Source of the DNA: Torpedo marmorata
Lineage: Eukaryota
Assembly: GCA_977017645.1 (NCBI GenBank)
Contig: OZ360226.1
Coordinates: 40,486,001 to 40,550,000 of the forward strand
Reading direction: 5' to 3'
Length of the DNA stretch: 64,000 nt
Under the pieces are notes generated by a model. That model did not search any database, had not been told where the DNA came from, and saw nothing but the letters and a program-made list of their open reading frames with translations. Shown here in pieces: positions 12,561 to 24,349 of this stretch. Made by a program: the position numbers and the translations under genes. The first letter of the stretch is position 1, and every line of letters begins with the position of its first letter.

Positions 12561-14879
12561 GACAGTGTAAATTCTCTCAGTTTTGAATATATCGAGTACC
12601 TCAGCCTCCACATCTCTCTGGGTTTGGAGAATTTAGAAGATTCAGAACCCTTGGAGGGAGGAAATGCCTATCTCCATCTAAAATAAATTACTCCTCATTC
12701 TAAATTGATGCTTCCTGGTTCTATATTTCATCGCCCGGAGAAACATTCCACACTGTCAAGTACTCTCAGCAAGACTTAAGTTGCTGTCAGGATTCAGGGG
12801 CTCCATCCAAAGGGAGAAGCTGTTTCCTTCAGTTGAAGAGGGCAGTTCAACGAAGAATACAACTGGACAGATGAAAGGAAAGGGTGCCATGGACAGGTTG
12901 TATTAAAGAAAAGCCCCTCTAGATGGCAGTCTTGACTAAAGTAGAAACAAGTTCCCTTGTTTGAGAGATCTCTGAGAAAGTTGTACTCGCCATTCCCCAG
13001 TTTTTTTAAAAAGCAATCTTAACGGATGGAAGTTTTTTGTGCACAATCAAATGGACTTATTTGAATGATTCCTGTCACCGATTACATATCCACGTTACTT
13101 GCTAAAGGGTTGAACTGAAAAAAAATCAACGTTTTGAGTGTCGAGATTCTGATTTATAGATGGTTGGTTTCTGCGTATGGAGTTACTGAGGTTACTTAAC
13201 ATTGCCTTTGTCGAAAACCAGTACTTGTTAATGAAGCCTCAGTGTTAATTTAACATATTCTAAAACAAAACTCAGCAAATATTCAAATGTTGTGGTTGCA
13301 TTATTTTTTTAATCGAGTGGGTCGCGATTAAGACCTGTCAGGTTGGACATACAACTAAAAAAGCGCAGTATGTGTGGCATAGCACACTGAACGTTTGTCG
13401 TTACCCTGCTGATTCCTCGCGCGTTGATTTGCCCCTGACCTTTGCCGCTCTCTGTCATTCGTGCCCCATATATTAAGCAGCATAACAGTGTTTTGGGGTA
13501 ATTTGTCTAATTCTAGTCAAGTTCGGGTAGCAGATATTTCGGGGAAGAATCATTTTCTTCACCTCTCCCTCTGCTGCACGTCTACAAAGCGGATCGCGTG
13601 CCTCACAGTCAAAATTACGGAATGGCGTTTATAACGCGTTTGTACCACACTGAATGAGCAAAATAATCCGGGTTGATTTTAAACTCTTCTGGGAGCAATG
13701 CATTGCTTGAAAAGAGCTGATTAAATTCTCCCAAATAACTTACACTTTTAAGTTTCTAGTTTTATGGTGCGTTGCACTGATTTATATCGCGTTTGTGTGA
13801 AGGTCGAAACACTGAAATGTGCATTAAAATAGTTTTAACAGCTCGTGTTTTTACAATGTGTTTCTCCAGGGTTTAAGTTATAACATCTTCCATGTAACAC
13901 GTGCTCATGTATCACTTGCACTTCCAGGGAGACTGACAGTAATGATGCAAGACATTTCTGCAATTTCCATCCTGAAATCTATCCCCTCCCCTAAAACAAA
14001 ATGCAAACAAGTGTTGACGGCCCGTGTTTAACGACCGTGAGCTCGCATTTCAAGAAGAAACTGTCACCATCAGTATTTGATCCCGCCGAAGGCTTAAAAA
14101 ATACTAGTGTTGCCTTGTATATTTCATAACCCCGCCTACAACTATGCGAACACGTTGTACACAAGGAAATGTATCACGGATAGTTTTGTATTATATGATT
14201 GAATTTCAACCCGTTGTGCAATATAAACTAAGCATGCACAACGAGCGGGGCTTTTGAACCAATGGGCTGGCAATCGGGAGTCAGATCTACTGCGGTTAAA
14301 TCCCTCTCTGGGCACCGAAACAGAATTGATGGGAATTACTGAGTTTCTCTCCCAGTACGCAATTGCAACTTCCTGGTCCACGTGGTAATTGTTTTCATAT
14401 GTTACTTGCATTAAACTAACTATCTATATTCAGCCGACATATTTACAATTTGGGTATTTTATTACTTCAATTTTATTGAAGAAAACGCAAATTTTAATCA
14501 GTAATCGTTGCAGTGAGTGTACGAATGGAGAGGTCAGTTTGAAACCCGTATTTGTTTTTAACTTGGGGGGCGGGGGTTTAATTAGTGAAACCTTTCCAAT
14601 ATTAAAATAGCAGCCCAAATCAAGCCTAGCCCCAAAAAATCCTTGCACACATTTGTTTTGCTTTCAGTGCATCCGTGTCATTTACAGTAAAGGTAGAGTA
14701 CTTCCAAACATACCATTTGTGAGTGAGTTTCATATTCTCAACACTCAGGATAAAATATTTTATCCAGAGAATGCAGATTGGATTTCTTAAAGACTAGATT
14801 GTTTGCTAGCCCTCTGCGTGCTTCGTCTGTGTGCTGTTAATTTACAATAAAACCCTCCTTGGGGCTGGTGTTAGCTTGG

Positions 14880-15090
14880 CGCAGGTTCGTGCCTGGGATC
14901 ACTGAATGACATCAGCTTTTTGGCTTATTAGGAATTCGGTTCAACTTTCAAGGCTGCGCTCTTGATTGACGACTCCTGGATCCAATGGTTGGGCTCCGCC
15001 GTCTTCCAGCTGACGGGAGGCGAATAGCCAATGAACGTCTGGCCTATAGGCGGGATTAAAAGAGCTTATACTCACTTCGGCTCATTGAGA
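14880..15090 (+). promoter_or_regulatory. Putative pcdh9 core promoter within a CpG-enriched region (~13.3-17 kb)
   Basis: CRE-like TGACATCA 14907, CCAAT boxes 14982 and 15028, GC-box-like CTCCGCC 14994 and AGGCGGGA 15048, Inr-like TCACTTC 15072. CpG is abundant compared with the flanks. The TSS cannot be fixed from sequence alone. Confidence 0.5.
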
Positions 15091-15826
15091 GTTAGGGAGA
15101 AGATTTAGTGGAGAGACGTGTGTGTGTGGGAGAAGGATAGGGATCGGAGGCGACTGAGACAGACAGGGGAAGGGATGCAAACTCCTGCCTCCTGCAACTT
15201 GCTCCATCCTTAGTTATTTGCATCCGCCTCTAACAGGAAAAAAAAATCTGGAATTAAAGAGGAGAAGGTGATCCGCATTTCAGAAAACCGAGATTTAAGA
15301 CGGAGAGGGTCAAGAAACGAATCTTCTGCGTCTGGGTGTAGTGTTCGCAACTTTTGATGCAATGCAAATTGTCGCATCCGTGGGATAACAGCAAATATTT
15401 CTTCCCCGCCGACTGCTCAAGACTACGGCTGCGATTTCGTGCTGTTTGTTTTAAATAAGAATAAAACCAAATGATCATCTTCATGCGGCCGAGTCACACT
15501 AAGAAGATTCTGCAGGCTGCTTCTCCTCCCTGGCAGTTCAATGCAACCTCCGACAGTTTTGTGCACTGTGCATTCTGAATACTGCGCCGAGGAAATAGTG
15601 GTTAACCCTCTCTGCAGCTATCTTCGCTCGTGTGCATAAATACGGTGGGGGAAAAAAACTTGTTTGCAATACCGATGGGGGATCGCCTCGAAGGATAAAC
15701 AACCCACGTATCCCTTTCTTGCATAATCGTGTAGGTAGGGTTGGGGGTAAGGGCAGGGTGCTAGGGGTGGGGGGGGGGGGTTGTAAATAACGGTGGGGTG
15801 ATTTGCTTCTGCATATCCGCGGGATT

Positions 15827-18800
15827 ATGGACATGCGGGATTTTTACTTGTTCCTGGCGCTGGTCGCTTGCCTGACGGTGGACTCGGCTCTCGCTCAGGA
15901 GCTGGTCTACACCATTCAAGAGGAACTGCCTGAAAACATCTTGCTGGGTAACATCCCCCGAGATCTCAACATCTCACGGTTAAATGCGGCCACGGGGGCG
16001 AGTGCTAACCTAATCTACAGGCTGGTGTCCAAGGCTGGCGAGGTGCCCTTGCTGCGCGTGTCCAGCAGCACGGGGGAGATCTTCACCACGGCCAACAGAG
16101 TGGACCGCGAGAAACTCTGCGCCGGTACCTACACCGACAGCGACTGCTACTTCGAGGTGGAGGTGGTCATCCTGCCCAACGACCATTTCAGGCTGGTCAA
16201 GATCAAGGTGGTGGTGAGAGATGTCAACGACAACGCGCCCATGTTCCCCTCTCCCGTGATCAACATCTCCATCCCAGAAAATACCTTGGTCAATAGCCGT
16301 TTTCCGGTGCCTTCGGCCACCGACCCGGACACGGGGAGCAATGGGGTGCAACGGTACCAGCTGCTGAACGGTCAGGGGGCTTATGGTTTGGACGTGGTTG
16401 AGAGTCCCGAGGGCGAGAAGTGGCCGCAACTGATAGTGCAGCGTAGCCTGGACCGCGAGCAGAAGGACACCTACGTGATGAAGATCAAAGTAGAAGACGG
16501 GGGGAGCCCGCAGAAATCCAGCACAGCCATCCTGCAGGTGACCGTCAGCGATGTCAATGATAACAGGCCGGTGTTTAAGGAGAGCCAGCTGGAGGTCCGT
16601 CTACCGGAGAATGCGCCCTTGGGCACCTCTGTCATCCAGTTGCACGCCACCGACGCCGATGCGGGCTCCAACGCACAGGTCCGGTACCTCTTCAGCCCGC
16701 AGGTCTCCCCCGCCGTCCGCAGGCACTTCGCCCTCAACAGCACGGCCGGTCTCATCACGGTGCAGAGAGCCCTGGACCGGGAGGAGACGTCCCTGCACAA
16801 GATGACCGTGCTGGCCACCGATGGCAGTTCCACCCCCGCCAGAGCTACAGTTACCGTCAACGTTACCGATGTCAACGACAACCCCCCAACCATTGACATC
16901 CGCTATATCATCAGCCCCATCAACGGGACGGTCTATCTGTCCGAGAAGGATCCCGTGAACACCAAGATAGCCTTGATCACCGTGTCGGATAAGGACACTG
17001 ATGTGAATGGGAAAGTGGTATGCTACATTGAGAAAGAGGTGCCCTTCCATCTGAAGGCTGTGTACGATAACCAGTACCTCTTGGAGACATCTGCGCTGTT
17101 GGACTATGAGAGCACCAGAGATTACAGCTTCAGGATTGTGGCCTCTGATTCTGGTAAACCCAGCCTAAATCAAAGTGCCCTGGTCAGAGTGAGACTGGAA
17201 GATGAGAATGACAACCCCCCTGTCTTCAGCCAGCCTGTTATTGAGCTATCTATTGCGGAAAACAACCACCGTGGCCTCTACCTCACCACCATCAGTGCCA
17301 CTGATGAGGACAGTGGCAAGAACGCTGAGATTGTCTACCAGCTCGGGCCCAATGCCTCATCCTTTGACTTGGACCGTAAGACCGGGGTCCTGACTGCTTC
17401 CAGGGTCTTTGACAGGGAGGAGCAGGAACGCTATATTTTCACGGTGACAGCTAGAGACAGTGGAAACCCACCCCTTCAGAGCCAAGCAGCTGTGATCGTC
17501 ACCGTGCTGGACGAGAATGACAATAATCCTAAATTCACCCACAATCACTTCCAGTTCTTTGTGTCTGAAAATTTGCCAAAGTACAGCACTGTTGGGGTGA
17601 TCACAGTGACAGATGCAGATGTTGGGGAGAATGCAGAGGTGATGGCGTCTGTTGTTGGTGACAATGATAATTTTATCTTGGACCCAGTGAGCGGAGTTAT
17701 AAGATCTAATGTCTCCTTCGACAGAGAGCTGCAAAGCTCGTACACATTTGAAGTCAAAGCAATCGACAGAGGTAGACCTGTCCGAACCTCCATTGCTAAA
17801 GTCACCATCAATGTCATAGATGTCAATGATAACAGTCCCGTAGTAATCTACCCACCTTCAAACTCTTCATTCAAGCTGGTGCCTCTCTCTGCCATCCCTG
17901 GTTCAGTGGTGGCAGAGGTGTTTGCTGTGGATATCGACACAGGAATGAACGCAGAACTCAAATACAGCATTGTCAGTGGAAATACCAAGGGCTTGTTCAG
18001 GATTGATCCAGTGACTGGTAATATTACTCTGGAAGAGAAACCAACAGTTACAGACCAAGGTTTGCATCGTTTGGTGGTAAACATCAGTGATTTAGGGTAC
18101 CCTAAACCCTTGCATACCCTAGTCCTTGTCTATTTGTATGTGAATGATACCATAAGTAATACTAGTTACATTAACGAGCTCATAAGAAGAACCATGGAGA
18201 CTCCATTAGATAAGAACATTGGCGACAGCACCCAGCCCTGGCAGAATGAGGATTATCTTACCATCATGATCGCCATAGTAGCAGGAGCAATGGTTGTGAT
18301 TGGGGTTATATTTGTGACAGTGATGGTGCGTTGCCGTCAGTCGAGGTTCAAAGCCACACAAAGGACCAAGCAGGGTGCAGAGTGGATGTCTCCAAACCAA
18401 GAGAGCAAGCAAAACAAAAAGAAGAAAAGAAAGAAAAGGAAATCTCCAAAGAGTTCTCTTTTAAACTTTGTTACCATTGAAGAATCCAAACCTGACGACC
18501 CTGCCCATGAGCCCATCAATGGGACCATTACTCTTCCAGCTGAGCTGGAGGAGCAGACTATAGGACGGTTTGATTGGAGCACAACACCACCAACAACCTT
18601 TAAGCCCAGCAGCCCAGACCTCGCAAGACATTATAAGTCAGGCTCACCTCAGCCCTCTTTTCATCTAAAGCCGGACACTCCAGTTTCTGCAAAAAAGCAT
18701 CACGTGATTCAGGAGCTCCCTTTGGACAACACCTTCGTTGGGGGGTGTGATACCTTGTCCAAGCGCTCTTCAACGAGCTCAGACCACTTCAGCGCGTCAG

Positions 18801-18853
18801 AGTGTAGTTCCCAAGGTGGCTTCAAGACAAAGGGCCCATTACACACCAGACAG
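15827..18853 (+). CDS. pcdh9: Protocadherin-9 (delta-1 protocadherin), large first coding exon
   Basis: The first ATG (15827) gives the signal peptide [16 protein letters not shown]. Seven cadherin repeats (DRE, DxNDNxP), [25 protein letters not shown], the [12 protein letters not shown] basic patch and the ending [10 protein letters not shown] closely match vertebrate PCDH9. Splice donor CAG/GTAACT at 18853/18854. Later exons are not in the window. Confidence 0.97.
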
Positions 18854-18940
18854 GTAACTGAGAGCTTTTACTGGTCTATCAGCGCCAACATTCAATATCA
18901 CAATTCCCCAGCACTATCAAGGGTGAAACGGAACCTGTAG
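18854..18940 (+). CDS. pcdh9: In-frame read-through extension giving a short PCDH9 isoform ([28 protein letters not shown])
   Basis: The frame stays open past the donor to TAG at 18938-18940. Candidate poly(A) signals lie downstream (19725, 20010, 23212). Confidence 0.6.
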   Translation, partial: VTESFYWSISANIQYHNSPALSRVKRNL

Positions 18941-21900
18941 CAACTGCCCACAGAAACCTGCAGGAGATGATTCCCCCACAACCCTTTTTATTGAAGTGTG
19001 TTATAATTTGTGTCCAAACATTGGAAACATAGCAAAGTTATTTCCTTTTCATGCAAACTGTTTTTTGTCGAGGCTCATTTCTTTCCTGCTGCTAGTTATT
19101 TAGGTATTTTTTTTAGGTTGCAGAGAAACTAATTGGAAAGTAATATGGTTAGCCTGTAGATGGCACTGGAGCACTTTCTGGTAATCAGTGGCAAATTGCC
19201 AGGTGCAGCCTGCAGTGGGGGAAGGCGAGGAAGGGATTGCTGCTTGCTGGTGATTATACTGGAAAGGACCAGATGCCGTTCGATGTTATTTGCAAATGCC
19301 CACCTGTAATTTTGTTTTGAGATGGTCTCTGGAATTGTTAGGCATTTAGGGATGATATACAGATCAGATGAGGCACTATAAATAATATTTCTCATCTGAA
19401 AGATCCCATCTAATTATTCAGAATTCCAAACAGAAGGCTGATATTATTTGCTAAAATAGAGTTAAAACTGATGTCAAAAACCTTGTGAATTTTTGTGTCT
19501 TTGTTGCCATTGTGATTATGGATGAAACAATTCAGAATCCACCAGCACGTTATCCCATTAGTAACTTCAGAGAAGCTTATTTTGTGTAAGGGCCATCTGT
19601 ATACTATTGTTTTTCTCTTCAGGTTATTTTGCCTTTAAATTTGTGACTAGAATTATTTGAGAGTTTGGGGGTGCATGAGAAATGAATTTTGAAAATATGA
19701 TTTAAATGCAATCTTTGTTATTATAATAAAACTCCGATTATGATCCAGATAAAATGCCAACACCATGAACAGCAATAGAGTACCTTTTAAGCAAAAGTTA
19801 TTGTTATAAGATTTACCCCACTCACTCTGAATGCCCACATATAACATTCATTTTGAATGTTCAATTTTGATTGTGTGGTGCAAAAAATGGACGGAAGACG
19901 ATATTTGTACAAGAAGGAAGAGCTTGTTCTAAGTTTGAACTTTGTGTTTGTAGGTGTGTGAGTTAACGTGTCTTCAAGTCATGTCTTGGCACTTTCTCAG
20001 ATGTTGATCAATAAATTATTTTCCTATACTAAAGAGTTTATTTTTCCCTTAGTTAATGCATATTCAAAAGAATTGCTTTTGCAAAACTCAGGATACTAAG
20101 AAGATTTTTCACTTCTGTCATTTAGTTCTGGCATTTAGATATTAGGACTTTCTATTCTAGATTTCTGGATATTTATCCTGGAACTCTGGGTTTTTTCAAA
20201 CAAGTGACTGTAATTTTAAAGTTGGTCAACAAAGCAAAAATCCGGTTTGCAGTGCGCTAAGGCTTTGAAAATGTTTTGCTGCTTATTTGAGATCTATTGC
20301 TATGTCATCACAAAAAACACAAAAAAATCTCCAAGGCCACTACATCAGGATATTGCAATATGGCCTCTGGTCAGTGGTGAGATAGGAGAGACTGCTAATT
20401 CCAAACTAGAGGTGTGTTAATTTCCTGTTTCAGAATGCTATAATAAGAATACATTTGTTTTTATGAAGTACCTGTTGTTTTGGTGAAGCTGCTTTGAACC
20501 ATGCACAGGACATAATGCGGTAATCATATTTCTAGTTATTAAATAGATTTTGCATCAGTATTATAATAATCCAGCTCACTTAGTATCACTAAGATGGGTG
20601 GTACTTTTTGTGCAATCTTTGAGTAATATGTTGCAAATACTGATGGTGCGATTTAATTCTCACATTTTATTGTCATCTCTAAATATATCTGCTGAGCTCT
20701 GAAGAAGATAATATTTAATTTGATTACTAGATTTAACTACTCGTGAAGATGCTAGCATCTCTGTTTGGGGGAACATTTTTTGTTAAAATACGGATCGTGT
20801 GACTTTTAACAATGAAATTTCTGATCAATTCATCAGTAAAGTGCAGATTTTGTGCAAGTCCTCTTCTTTCATAAAAATAATTGATTGGAATACAGTATAT
20901 CTCAGTTTTTGGTTTGGCTCTCAATTCAGAAGGATTACATCTGATTAAATTTTGCACCAATCAAGTTCTTGGACAACTTGAATTGTGTCAAATGGTACAG
21001 CAGTGCACTGCAAAATGAAAACATAATTTTACTTGAATAACTTTTGTGTGTGTTGGATTCTGTCAGGAACTAATTAGTTCCAATTTCCACACCTCACAGA
21101 TATATTCAGGTGAGTGCTAATTTGACAGGCTGCGTGACAACTTTTGTATTGCTGACTCTGATCAGTGAACTTCGAACAAGTTAGCTGCGTACAAAGATGC
21201 TGCACACATTTAGAATAGCAGAGCAAGCTATTTAATTGCTTTCCACAGTCACAGATGACCTGTGATGAGTTATATCTGTGCCTAACAGAACCATCAACTG
21301 AGATATGATCGGGTGGACTTGGTTGGAACTAATCTGGAGTCCGTTGTTTCAAATGCAAAACTTCATCAGTTTTAAGCTTGCTTAAATCTTGAATTTACTT
21401 ACTGTATGCTTCCTCTGAAAAAGAATGGGGGTGTTCTTTTTTTTCATGGGACACTTGCTTCATAAAATCTAACACTATTTCATTCCATCACCTCAACATT
21501 TTCACTTTGATTTTTGAGCTCTCTGTTAGCAAGTAAGAGAGAGAGGGTGAGGCACAGATAGTAATAATACATGGTGACTTAGCGTGGATAATGGATTGAA
21601 GTGTTTGCAGTGTTCTGCTTACCAGCCCATTGTATTATTGATCCCAATTCAAAGGGCATTAAGTATATCACCAATAGAATTGCCAACAGTCTTGGTGACC
21701 CAGCTGTGTTAACATACCTTTCCCAGTACACTGATTGGCTTTGAGAGGCAAGGTAGAAGAAATCATGTTTGTGCACTTCCAAAAGTTTCTCTGAGTAACC
21801 CTTGTCCAGTTACACTTTGGTTAAATCAGCGCATGCAACAATGTTTGGTTTGAGATTTTGGAATATCTGCTTCTTTTGACTTCCACCTTCTTTATTACTT

Positions 21901-23569
21901 TTAAAATTGGATGAGGTTTGCTTTTTATTGTTGAATGCCAAGTTAATTCTATAATTAGAGTAATATTGGGCTCTATTCTTTTCCAGAATCTCGCACAGTA
22001 TTCCCAAAAGTATGAGATGGACACTTATTATGGTTAAACCCTGAGCAAAAGTCATTTCTCAAAAGGGTTAAGATGCTTCTCATCCGACGCTTGCACATCC
22101 CGAAATTCACCAAGTGCACACTTAAATTGTCGGAGAAATTCCTGGGCCAATATGTTGAAGCGATTTATACAAAAAGAGTAGTGCTCATGGTTATTCCTTG
22201 GATGTAATTTGAACATTGCTTACTATAAACAAGAATTTATACACCAAAGGAAATAAAGTGAACAGTCTCTTGCCTTTATAAGCAATAGGAAAGTTAACTG
22301 GAACATCTTTTTTTAAATAGCAGAAGTCCTTGACACAACAACTTGATGTCTGATGTGTTTAAATTGTTGCCAATAGGCTGTTGTCAGGAGAATGAATGGG
22401 AGAATTTCAGTCTTCTGCCAAAATTCTTCTCTTAAATTGCTGCATTTCTAGTACAGGGTCAGAACAGAATCTATATTGCCGTGACCTTAGTGAATGCAGT
22501 AAAATGCTCTGTATGGACTTGTGTACAGTTGGCTGTGCTCCCACCTATGTTGAGAGTAAAATCGCCTGACAAGATTTCAAAAGATTTCATTCGTTGTCAA
22601 GTAAATATTATGGTACTAAATATTATGGGTGTTATTAAACCGTGGTCCCTAACATACCAAGAAAAACAGCCTGTTAAAATCTGCCCCTCACTGAGGGAAT
22701 TCACTAAATCATGTTATTCTGGAATTGCATCCCTCGCAGAGCTTTGGAATTGGGGATGAAATGATAGTGTTAATGAAGCTAATTGGAAGCGTGTCAAAAG
22801 AGAAAACAGGAGACGAGGAAGGGCTGCTTATGTTAAAATGGCAGACTATCGAAACAGCCTTCCAATCCTTGCTCTTGGGTATTTTGAACCGCTCTGTTCA
22901 TTTAAGCTGCATCACAGAGCGGCTGGAAAAGACTTTACAGTCTGCTTTATCAGTAACCAGACACCACACATTTTACTGCATCTGAAAGGACTGGTCTTCT
23001 GGGACTTGCTGAGAAGGGTCAGATAGTCATGTCAGTGCTGAAAAGGGTGGATTTATAAATATTATCATACAGTATTCACAGAGTCATTGCCTTGAATCAC
23101 TATGTACATATAAATACCGGTATATCCAATTATTAGACACTATTTATTTTGCTGTTTTACCATTGTATTTAAAATTGTATGCTGATATTGTGGTTGCAGA
23201 TTATTGTACTAAATAAAGAATAGCCTGATTATTAAATTTATTTCATTTCATTGTGTAATTTATAATTTTGTCAATGTTGATTTTTTTTTCCCTGTTTATT
23301 CATTTGATTTTGTTGTCTACTGTGGAATTTTTTTCTGCTTTTGACTTAGATTAACAAACTAATTTTATGTTTTCTTTTCACACCAATACTCAGACTCCAA
23401 AAATGAGTATTGAATTTGTAGCCTGGTAATTCTTTGCCACTTCGCTTAATAACTTTGTCCTTATTTTTACAACTCCTTGACGACCTGAACTGGTCGGTTC
23501 AGTAAATCAACAATATTCTGAGTGTGTGATAGATAGAATTCATTGCCCTTTCAGAATGTTAAAAAAAAT

Positions 23570-23935
23570 CTATTTTATTTTTGGTGAACAAAGTACTTTG
23601 GAATTATGGTCATTGTTATAATGTCAGAAATGGAGCTCTTGGTTTGCACAGTGTGGTCCCAAACACTGCAATTTGATAATGGCCAAATAATCCATTGGTC
23701 ATGATGTTTGTCTGAACTCTCCCCGGTTGTCTTCAGAAGAACACTGTGGGATCCCTTGCACCAACACAAGAGAGGAGACAGGGCTTTAGTTTAACAGCTC
23801 ATCTAAAAGCCTGCACCCCTGATATTGCATGACTGCACTGGGATGCCAGCCCAAGCTTTTGTGACCCTGTCTCGTGTGCAACTTGAATCCAAACCTTCTG
23901 ACTTAGAGGCAAGGCCACTGACACCTAGCCAACAC
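23570..23935 (-). mobile_element. Deu-domain SINE (SacSINE1/AmnSINE-like)
   Basis: Reverse-complement similarity to 59300-59645: tRNA-like head (TCAGAAGGTTTGGATTCAAGT) and Deu core. Confidence 0.55.
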
Positions 23936-23944
23936 CTATCCAAA

Positions 23945-24349
23945 GAAGTAAATCACGAAAATCTGTAGACACCGTGGTTGAAGTAAAAACACAAATGCTG
24001 GAGAAGCTCAGCAGGTCAACCAGTGTCCTTTATGTAGCAAAGGTAAAAATACATAACCAACGTTTCGGACTTGAGCCCTTCATCAAAGTATGAGAAAATG
24101 CCGGCAGGTGTCCGAACAAAAGAGTGGGGGGGAAAGGGGGGTGGCAAAAGCAGGAGATGATAGGTGGAGAAAGGAGGGAGGGGACAGCAGCAATGAGGGG
24201 GAAGGAGGGATGGCTGGGTGGGTGGAAAAACTGGAACGACAGGGAAGGGGGAGGGGAAGGAAAAGGCGAGCAGGTTTAGTGGAAAGCAGAAAAGTCAATG
24301 TTAATGCCATCTGGCTGGAGAGTGCCCAGACAAAAAATAAGGTGTTGTT
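23945..24349 (-). mobile_element. 5'-truncated copy of the Penelope-like element (GIY-YIG end plus 3' pLTR)
   Basis: Near-identical reverse complement of 49916-50318. Flanked by the 9-bp direct repeat CTATCCAAA (23936-23944; 24350-24358). Confidence 0.92.
24052..24092 (-). ncRNA. Minimal type I hammerhead ribozyme motif (Penelope-associated)
   Basis: Minus strand reads CATACT-TTGATGA-A-GGGC TCAA GTCC-GAAA-CG-TT-GGTTATG. Same fold as 50176-50216. Confidence 0.65.

Noticed and set aside
15803-15826. ORF-track start at TTG 15803 for pcdh9
   Set aside because: This is a eukaryotic gene. The ATG at 15827 matches the PCDH9 N-terminus and gives a proper signal peptide.
16010-18582. Several antisense and alternative-frame ORFs overlapping pcdh9
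   Set aside because: Shadow ORFs expected from GC-rich codon usage. They show no recognisable domains.
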